A stretch of DNA of 64,000 nt from Dehalococcoidia bacterium (GTDB lineage: Bacteria; Chloroflexota; Dehalococcoidia; Lucifugimonadales; JAAXIE01). The stretch lies in contig OZ240229.1 of assembly GCA_965197805.1 (NCBI GenBank), forward strand, positions 3,135,748 to 3,199,747, written 5' to 3'. The position numbers and the translations under genes were made by a program. The first letter of the stretch is position 1. Each line of letters begins with the position of its first letter. This document shows positions 28,337 through 37,707 of this stretch, piece after piece. A model generated the notes under the pieces. It was not told the DNA's origin. It worked only from the letters and a program-made list of their open reading frames with translations, and did no database searches.

Positions 28337-29565
28337 CGTGAGCCCTCCGATGCCCAAGCCTGCAGCAGGTCGGCCTTCAATGCTTCTCGCCGGTCATGGT
28401 AGTCTTCGGGGTCCACTTCGCCTTGCTCCAGTGCGTCGTCCAACTCTGCCAGTTGACGCAGACACTGTTCCGACTGGGTGGTGGACGGCTGAGCGTTAGG
28501 GGCCGCGCCAACCGATGGGGCCGTAACCGCTGGTCTGGGGGCAGACGGCACAGCCTGGAGCAGACTGTATAACAGCGCTCCCACCAAGGCCAAGCCAAGC
28601 AGTGACGCTAGGAACAGTTGTGGTGCTGAACCCTCCAGCACTACGTCGGCGAGCCTCTCGTGCCATGGAGGCTGGGGCAGACCTGTGAACTCCATCCGCA
28701 CCTTCTGCGATGCCGCCAGCGGGCCGGCCCGCCATGCCTCAAAGAGGTTGTCGCCCAACTGCACCCGGTCCGCGCTGGGCCGGAGCGAGTCGGTTTGCAC
28801 TTGGGCCAGCTCGCTGGGCAACAGGAGGTGGAAGTCGGCTGTGGACATATGGGCTGTACGGGTGAACTCCAGCGTCTCCCCCTTGTAGGGCGCCAAGTAG
28901 GAGAAGCTCACTAGGTGGTCGCCGGGAGGCACGGAGGCAGTAAGAGCGAAGCCCGGCCCGACGTCTATGATATCCCCACCCGCCAAGTCCGACTCCAAGC
29001 GCAGGCTCGTGGCGCCTGGTGGGAGGCTGAAACGCATGAAGTTCATCTGGCCCATGGCTGGACCCGTCAAGTCAGGTATAAAGGTGCGGTCACTGGTGTT
29101 GACCAAGCTCACCACCTCGGAGCCAGTCAGCATACCATCGACATCGGGTTCGGACCGTAGCACAAGGGCAGCTGAATTCACTTCCAGCACCGACAGATCG
29201 CTCGTGCTCTCATATACTGTGATGTCCACGGGCTCGTCCAACCGGGCCTCGTCCAATGGCGTCCCGTATACCGCACCTTCATAGCTCAGCGATAACACGT
29301 AGCCGGTTATGTTGTCCACCATGGGGACTTCAACGCGGAAGGCGCCGGACTCGTCGGTTACTGCCACATTGGTTTCGACGCTGGACGTTGGCTGCACCGC
29401 GTGGAGGGTGACTTCCACACCCGACGGTACTGGGCCGTCTGCAGTGCCGTTGGTCAGCTTTCCTTCCACCACCGTTGGCCCTTGCGAACGGACCGCTGCT
29501 GGCAGTGCCATCAGTAGCAACAGAAGGAGAGCCAAGACCATCAGCATGAGAAGGCAGGAACGCAT
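28333..29565 (-). CDS. Cytochrome c maturation-associated membrane protein (signal peptide, beta-rich periplasmic domain, C-terminal CcmI-like helix)
   Basis: Signal peptide, one TM, LAELDDALEQGEVDPEDY; context within ccm cluster. Confidence 0.6.
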   Translation of the reverse strand: MRSCLLMLMVLALLLLLLMALPAAVRSQGPTVVEGKLTNGTADGPVPSGVEVTLHAVQPTSSVETNVAVTDESGAFRVEVPMVDNITGYVLSLSYEGAVYGTPLDEARLDEPVDITVYESTSDLSVLEVNSAALVLRSEPDVDGMLTGSEVVSLVNTSDRTFIPDLTGPAMGQMNFMRFSLPPGATSLRLESDLAGGDIIDVGPGFALTASVPPGDHLVSFSYLAPYKGETLEFTRTAHMSTADFHLLLPSELAQVQTDSLRPSADRVQLGDNLFEAWRAGPLAASQKVRMEFTGLPQPPWHERLADVVLEGSAPQLFLASLLGLALVGALLYSLLQAVPSAPRPAVTAPSVGAAPNAQPSTTQSEQCLRQLAELDDALEQGEVDPEDYHDRREALKADLLQAWASEGSR

Positions 29566-29567
29566 CG

Positions 29568-30011
29568 CTACGAAAGCCCCGCTTCCTCACGACAGTGGGA
29601 GCACTGCTCATCGGCGTCGTCAGCATCATCAAGCGGCTGACCGCAACCGGAACAGAGGCTGGGGGACGTTCCGTTCCGTTGATCAGCCTTCCAGCGAGCG
29701 AGTTCCCGGCTGATGGCCTCCTCAACTTCAGCATCGGCGGATTCCAACAGCTCTTGGTCGCGGAAGGTGGCAGCAGCGGCCAATCGAAAGTCGCGGGAGC
29801 GTTCTTGGTATTCTGTCTCGTCCACATCGCCCAAGCCACGTTCCACGTCCAGCGTCTCCAAGTCGGAATAGATAGCCCGGCGCCTCTCCACCAACTCCCG
29901 AATGGAAAGCGAGGAGTCAGAGGGCGACGACGTTGTCCGCGACTTCACGAAAGGATAAAGCGCCACTGCAATACAGGAGACCACGAGGAGAAGCCCGACC
30001 ACGACAGCCAT
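29568..30011 (-). CDS. CcmI-N-like protein with C-terminal zinc ribbon
   Basis: TM + LETLDVERGLGDVDETEY; CSGC...CSHC. Confidence 0.7.
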   Translation of the reverse strand: MAVVVGLLLVVSCIAVALYPFVKSRTTSSPSDSSLSIRELVERRRAIYSDLETLDVERGLGDVDETEYQERSRDFRLAAAATFRDQELLESADAEVEEAISRELARWKADQRNGTSPSLCSGCGQPLDDADDADEQCSHCREEAGLS

Positions 30012-30029
30012 TGAGCGCCTCGGCCGCCC

Positions 30030-32024
30030 TCAGTCGGACCCAACCGGCGTTGGCACAGAACGTCCGGGGAATACGCGGACTGTACTGGTGGCTGGCACAC
30101 GTTGTGGCCACAAGGCAATGACTGTGCCCAGCACCATCACCGGCCCGGCTATCCATATCCACCATATCATCGGGTTCACGAATATGCGAAACCCCGCGCT
30201 ACCGTCCTCCTGGAGGCTGCTGGGCACCACGTACAGGTCCTCCACCGGAGTCGACCGTATCGCAGCCTGAGTGGAGGACATCTCGAATGAGGGGTAGAAA
30301 TCGCGTCTCGCCTGCAAGCCGGTCAACTCTGCCCCGTCACGGTAAGCAGCGAGGAAGAACCGGCTCTCTGACCTGTCCGAGAAGAATTGGGACGTCGTGG
30401 TGACGAACTCCACCTCGTAGTCACCGATGGATGTACGCTCCCCGGGAGCCAGCACCACATCTTTCTGCACTCCGTAGAAGGAGGAGCCGACTATCCCCAA
30501 GGCAACAAGGACGATGGACAGGTGCACCACATAGCCACCATAGCGGGGCCGGTTACCGATGATGAGACGTCCGAAAGCCCTCGCCGGATTGTCGCCCGAC
30601 CTCATGCGGGCGCTAGTGCCCCTTGCCCACTCGAGAAGGATGCCCAAGGCTACAAACGCACACAGCCCGAACCCCGCCAACGCGTAGGGCTTGGTGACGC
30701 CGAGCAGTGCCAACACGAGCACCACGATCAGCGAAACCGCCGCCGGACCCGCGACATTGCGGGCCACGTTTCGGAGTGAAGCTCGCCTCCACGGCAGGAA
30801 AGGGCCGACCCCCATGAGGAAGATGAGGGCCAGCAGCATGGGGCCGTTCACCTGGTTGTAGAAGGGCGCTCCCACGGTGATGGTCTGTCCTTGAAATATC
30901 TCCGAAATTAGCGGGAAGATGACCCCCCACATGGTGACGAAGGCAATCCCCAGCAGCATCAGGTTGTTCACTAGGAAGGCAGCTTCCCGAGACAGGCTGC
31001 TCTCTAGGTTCTGGGCGCTCTTGAGACTGCTGTAACGCCACAGGAAGAGACCAAAGGGAGCGACCACGCCGATGCCGAGGAACACGAGGAACACGAGCCC
31101 CAAGTCCGACGCACCGAACGAGTGTACCGAGGGCACCGGGCCGCCACGGTTGATAAACATGCCGAACAGAGACAGAGCGAAGCTGATGTTGATCAACGCG
31201 AGGTTCCACATACGGAACATGCCGCGACGCTTCTGCACCATGATGGAATGGATGAAGGCAGTCAGGCCAAGCCATGGCATCAAGGCAGCGTTTTCAACCG
31301 GGTCCCATGCCCAGTAGCCACCCCAACCCAAGATGGTGTACGCCCACCAAGAACCCAGCAGAAGCCCAACACCCAGCACGGCCCACGAGGCGATGCCCCA
31401 GACACGACCACCGTCCACCCATTCGTCAGCGGACTTGCCGGCCAGCAGGGCCCCCGCGCCCAGCGAGAAGGGGATGGTGACGGCCACCAAGCCCGACATC
31501 AGCATGGGTGGGTGGATGAACATGCCAAAGTGCACCAAGAGTGGATTGATGCCCTGCCCATCGGGAGGGACGAAATCCAGTCGTTCGAAGGGATTGGCCA
31601 TTACCGTGGTGACGGCTAAGAAGAAGGTCAGCACCAGCATCATCACTGCTGTGGCATGGGGCATGCTGTCCTTGAGCTTGAACGGAGCCCAAGCAACTGC
31701 CGCCGAACACAGCAACGCCAACACCGTTGCGATGAAGAGAAGCGAGCCTTCGTTCCCAGCGTAGAAGGCCACCCAAGTGTATATCCGAGGCATGGCTAGG
31801 TTGCTGTGCTGGGCAACGTAGGAAACCTCGAAATCGTGGGCTAGGAAGGCACCCACCAGCCCCGCTGTGGCCACCGCTAATGATAGGGCTGCCAAGTAGA
31901 CCGCGTGACGCGCGCTCTCTATGAGCTGAGGCATCTGTCGCCAGACGCCCAACAGGGAGCCTACAACCGAATAGGACGACAGCGCGAGGGCAGCGAGCAG
32001 GGCTATAGAACCAAGGTCTGCCAC
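30030..32024 (-). CDS. ccmF: Cytochrome c heme lyase CcmF
   Basis: WGGYWAWDPVENAALMPW (WWD motif), HPP, SVHSF. Confidence 0.96.
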   Translation of the reverse strand: MADLGSIALLAALALSSYSVVGSLLGVWRQMPQLIESARHAVYLAALSLAVATAGLVGAFLAHDFEVSYVAQHSNLAMPRIYTWVAFYAGNEGSLLFIATVLALLCSAAVAWAPFKLKDSMPHATAVMMLVLTFFLAVTTVMANPFERLDFVPPDGQGINPLLVHFGMFIHPPMLMSGLVAVTIPFSLGAGALLAGKSADEWVDGGRVWGIASWAVLGVGLLLGSWWAYTILGWGGYWAWDPVENAALMPWLGLTAFIHSIMVQKRRGMFRMWNLALINISFALSLFGMFINRGGPVPSVHSFGASDLGLVFLVFLGIGVVAPFGLFLWRYSSLKSAQNLESSLSREAAFLVNNLMLLGIAFVTMWGVIFPLISEIFQGQTITVGAPFYNQVNGPMLLALIFLMGVGPFLPWRRASLRNVARNVAGPAAVSLIVVLVLALLGVTKPYALAGFGLCAFVALGILLEWARGTSARMRSGDNPARAFGRLIIGNRPRYGGYVVHLSIVLVALGIVGSSFYGVQKDVVLAPGERTSIGDYEVEFVTTTSQFFSDRSESRFFLAAYRDGAELTGLQARRDFYPSFEMSSTQAAIRSTPVEDLYVVPSSLQEDGSAGFRIFVNPMIWWIWIAGPVMVLGTVIALWPQRVPATSTVRVFPGRSVPTPVGSD

Positions 32025-32027
32025 GGT

Positions 32028-32582
32028 CTATACGTCTCCACTGTCGGCCGACCGAGTCCCAGGCGTACCGCCCGATTGCATGGACGAGCGCCCCAAGTCG
32101 CGGTCTACGCGTTCCAAGTAGTCATCCAGCTCCGGGTCGGGGGCTTGTTGTTGAGGTCTGCCACTCATGGCCCTTACTACGAAGAATACTACGGTGGCAC
32201 CGCCCAGCACTCCTGCCAGCGGCAGCAGCCATGCCAGCAGCGTGAAGCCCTGCTTGGGCGGTTCGGCCAGCACACCCTCGTACCGTTCGGCGAAATAGTC
32301 CAGTATCTGCTGGCGACTCCAGCCCTCGGCCAGTTTTTGCCGTACCAGAAGTCTCATCTGGGCGGCCTGCGTCACTTGGGCTTGACCGATAGTCTTCCCA
32401 GGACAGGACGGACAGATGAGACTTTCGTCGATGGATTGGGCCTCCGCCTCCAGCTGCTCTGAAGTGAGGAAGGGACCACCGCTCTCCTCTGTAGAGGTGC
32501 AAGCGAGACTAACGGCAAGGAGGGCAATCAGTAGGAGCAACAGATAGCTGAAACCCTTAACTGAGGCACAACACTGCATCAC
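32028..32582 (-). CDS. ccmH: Cytochrome c biogenesis protein CcmH
   Basis: LICPSC, ILDYFAERY..VLAEPP, LAWLLP. Confidence 0.9.
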   Translation of the reverse strand: MMQCCASVKGFSYLLLLLIALLAVSLACTSTEESGGPFLTSEQLEAEAQSIDESLICPSCPGKTIGQAQVTQAAQMRLLVRQKLAEGWSRQQILDYFAERYEGVLAEPPKQGFTLLAWLLPLAGVLGGATVVFFVVRAMSGRPQQQAPDPELDDYLERVDRDLGRSSMQSGGTPGTRSADSGDV

Positions 32583-32669
32583 GGCCGTTTCCAGTAGGTT
32601 AGAGTTGACCTAACCCTATACTGCGCATAGGAGGGGGATCTGTCCAGCAGTACGCATGCGCCCGGAGGG

Positions 32670-33491
32670 CTACTCCGTGCTCAGAAGCAATTCGACCAAC
32701 TCTTCAAATTCCTCTTCCGCCATGGTGCCACTGATATCAAGCGGCATCAGAGTTGGTATACCGCAGGGGCCAGTGGGGCAATCGGGCGCTATGAAGGCGT
32801 TGGGATCAAGTATCGACTCCCTGATATACTCCTCCGCGCTCTGCCCTGGCACACGCGTGGCCGCGACCGTTGCGATGTTGCTCAGGTCAGGACCAATGTT
32901 GCCGACCGCACCTTCCTCGCCCTCCAGGGTATGGCACGCACCACAGCCCTTGATGATGAACGGGCCCGAATCCGGGGGTACGATGGGTTCCATCGTCCGG
33001 ACATGACCTATTATCAGGTCAATTTCGTGGGGGCTGAGGAGCTTCCGGAACGAGGGCATGACCGTGACCTGACCCTCTACCTGGATGCCGTCGGTGACGT
33101 AGCTCAATATAGTGGCGTCATCCAAGCTGCTTTGGATCGTGGTCAGGTCTGGCGGAACTTTGGGTTCGTAGTTGTAGCGGGTCTCCATGATGCGCAGCAC
33201 GTTGCCGTTCCCTTGGCCTTGCAAGCCATGACACATGGAACAGTTGGTGGCAAACAACTGCGCACCATCTCCCAGCGGTACGATGGGATCAAACCATGCC
33301 ACAGCGCTTTCCGGCGGGGAGAGGCGTGGAGGCTCTTGTGAAGCAAAGGAGTCTTGGTAGTGCATCTCGTAGAATATGTCCACCGGATACGCACCTGACG
33401 CGCAGCCGAAGAAGGCAAGAGTCAGCACAACGGCTCCGGCGGCAAGCAGCCGCACTCCACGCAAGCGCATGCGCAACACCCGTTCGATCAC
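32670..33491 (-). CDS. actE: Alternative complex III ActE-like lipoprotein cytochrome c with an extra C-terminal heme domain
   Basis: Lipobox FFGC, EMHYQ..PPESAV, two CxxCH motifs (CSMCH, CGACH). Confidence 0.8.
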   Translation of the reverse strand: MIERVLRMRLRGVRLLAAGAVVLTLAFFGCASGAYPVDIFYEMHYQDSFASQEPPRLSPPESAVAWFDPIVPLGDGAQLFATNCSMCHGLQGQGNGNVLRIMETRYNYEPKVPPDLTTIQSSLDDATILSYVTDGIQVEGQVTVMPSFRKLLSPHEIDLIIGHVRTMEPIVPPDSGPFIIKGCGACHTLEGEEGAVGNIGPDLSNIATVAATRVPGQSAEEYIRESILDPNAFIAPDCPTGPCGIPTLMPLDISGTMAEEEFEELVELLLSTE

Positions 33492-34021
33492 CGGTTGCTA
33501 CCCCCGGCTCCGGGGTCTTCACGTTTAACGTCTACGGCCCCAGCCTGAGTGAGGGCCTGCTCGACTCTGGTCACCTGCTCCTCCTCGCACTCCACCAGCA
33601 CGCCAATCAGACCCTCGGTGATGCGATTGTCGTACAGGCCCAGCCTGAGCCGGGGCAGGCGAGACTCGAAGATTATGCCGATGACGGTGAACAGTATGGC
33701 TCCAAGCAACGTGGCTTCGTAGCTGATGATGGCCATCGGAGGCAAGGCCAAGATAGGCTTGCCTCCCGTCACCAGCGGATAGGCCATCTGGGTCATGGAG
33801 GTCAAGAGGATCCCGGCAGTAAGGCCACATATAGCGCCCGCCAAGGGAAACACGTAGAGGCGGTGCCTGCTGTGCCGTTCACCAAAGGCGCCTTCCGGGT
33901 ACGGTGAACCCGTAAGGAAGTCGAACTCCTCATTGCTGAGGCCCGCCTCCTTAAGGGAATCGCCCGCCTCGGCGGCGTAGTTGGCATCCTCGTACAGGCC
34001 TAATACTGCTTGCTTTGCCAT
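33488..34021 (-). CDS. actD: Alternative complex III subunit D (DUF3341)
   Basis: SPYP, YPLVTGGKP, ISYEATLL; operon context. Confidence 0.85.
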   Translation of the reverse strand: MAKQAVLGLYEDANYAAEAGDSLKEAGLSNEEFDFLTGSPYPEGAFGERHSRHRLYVFPLAGAICGLTAGILLTSMTQMAYPLVTGGKPILALPPMAIISYEATLLGAILFTVIGIIFESRLPRLRLGLYDNRITEGLIGVLVECEEEQVTRVEQALTQAGAVDVKREDPGAGGSNR

Positions 34022-34066
34022 CTTTCTAACTCCCTAGAGCGCACTGGGCTTGAGCGCGTTGGGCCT

Positions 34067-35443
34067 TCACTCCTCGCGGACCACGGCCGGGACTGACCGC
34101 CGCCCGATCTGAATATGGTCTCTCAGGACCTCTCCCTCTTTTATGTCGTACAGGGGTATCAGAGGGAATATCTTGGCGAAAATCAGCATCAACATGGACA
34201 CCAAGGCAAAGGTGCCGCCGATAATGATGATCTCGATCGCGCTGGGCGCGTAGTCGGTCCAGTTGAATGACAACGTTTGCTTGCGTGCCAAGCCTGGGAC
34301 AATGATGACCAGTCTCTCCAGCCACATGCCGATGTTGACCAACACGCAGGTGAACAACATCAACCATGGGTTACGCCTAACGCCTCTGATGAGCCACATG
34401 CCCACTGGCACGAAGTAGGTCGTCACGATGAATATCAGGAACAGGTGGAACCAAGGCCACTCACTCGCCAACATGTGCTTGATGGCGATTTCGTCCGATT
34501 CCTGGCCGTACAGGCCGAAGACGAACTCCAGGGTGAAGAAGAAGAACCAGCCGGTGGCCACCACTATCAGCAGGCGAGCCAGAGAGTCGAAATGCTCCGG
34601 CCTGATGTACTCCCTCCAGTCGAACAGCCATCGCATGACGATCATGACAATCACCACTGCAGAGACACCAGAATGCACCGCGCCAATCACGAAGTAGGGG
34701 GCGAACACAGTGGAGTGCCAACTTGTCACCGACATGGCCATGCCGAAGTCCCAAGACACGATGCTGTGGACTGACACGAAAACCGGGAGAATCAGGGCCG
34801 ACAGCAGGAACCCTGCGATTATCTGAAGCTTCCACTGGCGTGGGTTGCCTCTCCATCCGAGGGACAGAATCGAGTAAATCTTGCGGCGGGTCCCAGTACT
34901 GCGGTCGCGTATGACCGCCAAGTCAGGGATGAGGGCCACATAGACGAACATTGTGCTGCAGCTCAGGTAGGTCAACACGGCCGCGGGGTCCCACACCAGA
35001 GGAGACCGGATGTTGGGGTAGATGCCGCGGGCGAAGTCATACGGGAATGCCCAGTACAGGATGCGCCATGGGCGACCTGTATGGATGAGCGGCATCATCA
35101 ACGCCGTCATCAGCGAGAAGATGGTAAGCACCTCAGCGGCCCTAGTGGCAGGACGACGCCACTCCGCCTTGGACAGCCTCAAGATGGCCGACAGCATCAC
35201 ACCTGCGTGGCTGATGCCTATCCAGAAGACGAAGTTGGTGATGAAGAAGCCCCACATCACAGGCCGGTTCAGACCAGTGGTGCCCAAGCCTTCCCAGAAC
35301 ATATAGCCTGTGGCCGCGCAGGCAAACAGAACGATGAGTGCGAGCACCCCCACCAGGCCCCAATAGCGCATGTTGTGTTCAAACAGGGGGCGCAGCAGGT
35401 CCCTGTTTATCTGCGGATCGCTAAGGGGTCGCCCTTCTTGCAT
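34067..35443 (-). CDS. actC: Alternative complex III subunit C (NrfD family quinol oxidase)
   Basis: WGFFITNFVFWIGISHAG, RAAE, HTGRPW, RSPLVWD, VSVHSIVSWDF. Confidence 0.93.
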   Translation of the reverse strand: MQEGRPLSDPQINRDLLRPLFEHNMRYWGLVGVLALIVLFACAATGYMFWEGLGTTGLNRPVMWGFFITNFVFWIGISHAGVMLSAILRLSKAEWRRPATRAAEVLTIFSLMTALMMPLIHTGRPWRILYWAFPYDFARGIYPNIRSPLVWDPAAVLTYLSCSTMFVYVALIPDLAVIRDRSTGTRRKIYSILSLGWRGNPRQWKLQIIAGFLLSALILPVFVSVHSIVSWDFGMAMSVTSWHSTVFAPYFVIGAVHSGVSAVVIVMIVMRWLFDWREYIRPEHFDSLARLLIVVATGWFFFFTLEFVFGLYGQESDEIAIKHMLASEWPWFHLFLIFIVTTYFVPVGMWLIRGVRRNPWLMLFTCVLVNIGMWLERLVIIVPGLARKQTLSFNWTDYAPSAIEIIIIGGTFALVSMLMLIFAKIFPLIPLYDIKEGEVLRDHIQIGRRSVPAVVREE

Positions 35444-35469
35444 TCTCTCCTACCTGTCTCCCCGGCTCT

Positions 35470-36897
35470 CTATTCGGGCTTCCCAAGCACAAGATAGCGG
35501 CCGCGGATGAGAGGGCGCATCACCTGATAGAGCAACCCCTCCTTGATCTCCCATACTGACAGCACCGGCAGCAATCGTGTCCCCAGCAGGAATATAAACA
35601 GGGCCCCGGAGATGCCGCCGAGGATGAACAGGATATCCAGTCCACCCGGCCAGATGGGAGCCAGTTGTTCGGGGTGAGCCTCCGCAGTCTGAACGATAGA
35701 ATGGACTCCCAAGTCCTCGATGGAGGAAGCGGGGACATAGAAACGTATCATCATGAATAGCGTGCCCACCAGAATGAAGCAAGAGGCGATGGTAGGTCCG
35801 ATGATACAGCGCCGCACATGATTCCATATCAACATACCGAAGGGTATGAGGAAGTTTCCGAACATATTCATGTAGAAGGGGAAAGCATAGGCCTCGACCA
35901 TCAGGAAATTGATGTTTGCCTGCTCTTCAGGCTTGCGCCCATACCAGAATGTGTTGAACTCGGCGAACCAGAAGTAGCCCCATAGTAGCGACATCGCAAG
36001 CAGCAGCTTGCTGCATGACCAGAAGAAGTCCCGCCCTATGTACTCTTTGTACCCGCCGAATGTCCGTAGAAGGAAGGCCGCCACGACCACCGCGGCCAAG
36101 CCGGACTGAAGCCCGGCCAAGGCATGATGAGCAGGCATTATGGAGTCGATCCACCCCGGAACCATGGCCAAGGAGAAGTCGGCCGAAACCAGCAGGTGGA
36201 CGAAAATCAGCATCATGAAATAGAGAGCTCCGAGGATGGCGATGAGCCCCTTATGGATCGCCCATTGTCGTTCGGTGCCACGCCAGTGTTTTACCAAGGG
36301 CGTATAGAGGAGCCCACGGATAGTGCCAGCGCCACGTTCTCTCACTGCTGCCATATCAGGCAGCGCAGATATGTAGAGCAGGCCCAGCCCGCAGACCACC
36401 AGCACAATGACAGCCGCAAAGTCGCTGTACCCCGGCAAAGAGCCGTGGAAAGGCACCTCGAACCAGATGGAACGCCGGCCCTCGAAGGAGGGTAGCATGG
36501 CGATCATGGGGATGAACATAAGGACGCTCAGAACCCCCACCAAGGAGAACATCTCCGAGGCCCGAGACGCAGCGCGGCGGAAATGGTTCCTCGTGATGCG
36601 GAACGCAATGGCCACTATCGGCGCAGAGCCAAACACGGTGATAAGGAAGGAGAAAGTGGCTATGTAGTAGCCCCAATTCGAGCGATCCTCGAACCCGTCG
36701 CCGGCCTTCACTATGAAGGCCACGATGCCGAGCACGAAGAGGACACCCAACACTAACATTGTCAGCATGAAGGCGGGAGACGTGGTGAATACACGGCCCA
36801 CCAGTTCTTGGGTGACCCCCTGCTCAGTAGCCTCGCCTCCTATGGCACCATAGCCGTGGGGGGCATTGTGGCCGTTGCTATGGCCGTTACTAGCCAT
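35470..36897 (-). CDS. actF: Alternative complex III subunit F-like NrfD paralogue
   Basis: About 10 TM, RASE, DFSLAMVPGW; lacks the ActC HxGRPW motif. Confidence 0.75.
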   Translation of the reverse strand: MASNGHSNGHNAPHGYGAIGGEATEQGVTQELVGRVFTTSPAFMLTMLVLGVLFVLGIVAFIVKAGDGFEDRSNWGYYIATFSFLITVFGSAPIVAIAFRITRNHFRRAASRASEMFSLVGVLSVLMFIPMIAMLPSFEGRRSIWFEVPFHGSLPGYSDFAAVIVLVVCGLGLLYISALPDMAAVRERGAGTIRGLLYTPLVKHWRGTERQWAIHKGLIAILGALYFMMLIFVHLLVSADFSLAMVPGWIDSIMPAHHALAGLQSGLAAVVVAAFLLRTFGGYKEYIGRDFFWSCSKLLLAMSLLWGYFWFAEFNTFWYGRKPEEQANINFLMVEAYAFPFYMNMFGNFLIPFGMLIWNHVRRCIIGPTIASCFILVGTLFMMIRFYVPASSIEDLGVHSIVQTAEAHPEQLAPIWPGGLDILFILGGISGALFIFLLGTRLLPVLSVWEIKEGLLYQVMRPLIRGRYLVLGKPE

Positions 36898-37678
36898 GCC
36901 CGTCGGCGCCCTTCCCTTCAGCGTGTGAGTCCACCTTCTTCAGGTAGTACAGGCTGGGCTCGGTGCCCAACTGCTCCAGAAGCCGGTAGTGACGGTCATC
37001 GTTCTTCAGGCGTGATACCTTGCTGCCACCATCGTTCATGTCCCCGAACACCAAAGCGTCGGTGGGGCAGGCGGTGACACATGCTGGGGCTAGGTTGCTA
37101 TCGGCCAGATTCTCGTCGCTGATCTGTCCGCCTTCGCGGTCCTCGATCTTGCGCTGGGCCCGGCGTATGCGCTGCACACAGAAGGTGCACTTCTCCATCA
37201 CGCCTCTGAACCGTACAGTCACGTCAGGGTTCAGCTGGTTCCGCAGGCTCTCCGGCCATTCCGGCTTCCAGTAGTTGAAGAAGCGGACGCTGTAGGGGCA
37301 GTTGTTGGCGCAATAACGGGTGCCCACACAACGGTTGTAGACCTGGACGTTCAGGCCTTGGTCGTTGTGGTAGGTGGCATACACCGGACACACCGGCTCG
37401 CAGGGAGCATTGTCACAGTGATGGCACAGTATGGGTATGAACCGTGCCTTCATTTCGTCGAAGGGAGCTTCCTCTGGATTGTCGGCGTACTTGGTGGGTA
37501 CTTCCCAGTACCGTTCGATGCGTATCCACTCATGGGCGCGACGCTCGATGTACATTTCCTCATCGTTGATGGGGAGATTGTTTTCCGACTGGCAAGCGAT
37601 GACACAGGCCTGACACCCTGTGCACTTATCCAGGTCTACGACCATTCCCCACTTGTGGTCCTTCTTCGTCGTTACCAT
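36890..37678 (-). CDS. actB: Alternative complex III ActB2 iron-sulfur subunit
   Basis: CTGCQACVIAC, CHHCDNAPCEPVCP, CVGTRYCANNCPY, CTFC..ACVTACP. Confidence 0.92.
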   Translation of the reverse strand: MVTTKKDHKWGMVVDLDKCTGCQACVIACQSENNLPINDEEMYIERRAHEWIRIERYWEVPTKYADNPEEAPFDEMKARFIPILCHHCDNAPCEPVCPVYATYHNDQGLNVQVYNRCVGTRYCANNCPYSVRFFNYWKPEWPESLRNQLNPDVTVRFRGVMEKCTFCVQRIRRAQRKIEDREGGQISDENLADSNLAPACVTACPTDALVFGDMNDGGSKVSRLKNDDRHYRLLEQLGTEPSLYYLKKVDSHAEGKGADGHG

Positions 37679-37707
37679 AGGCTATACCTCTCCGGCAGGC
37701 ATCGCGC

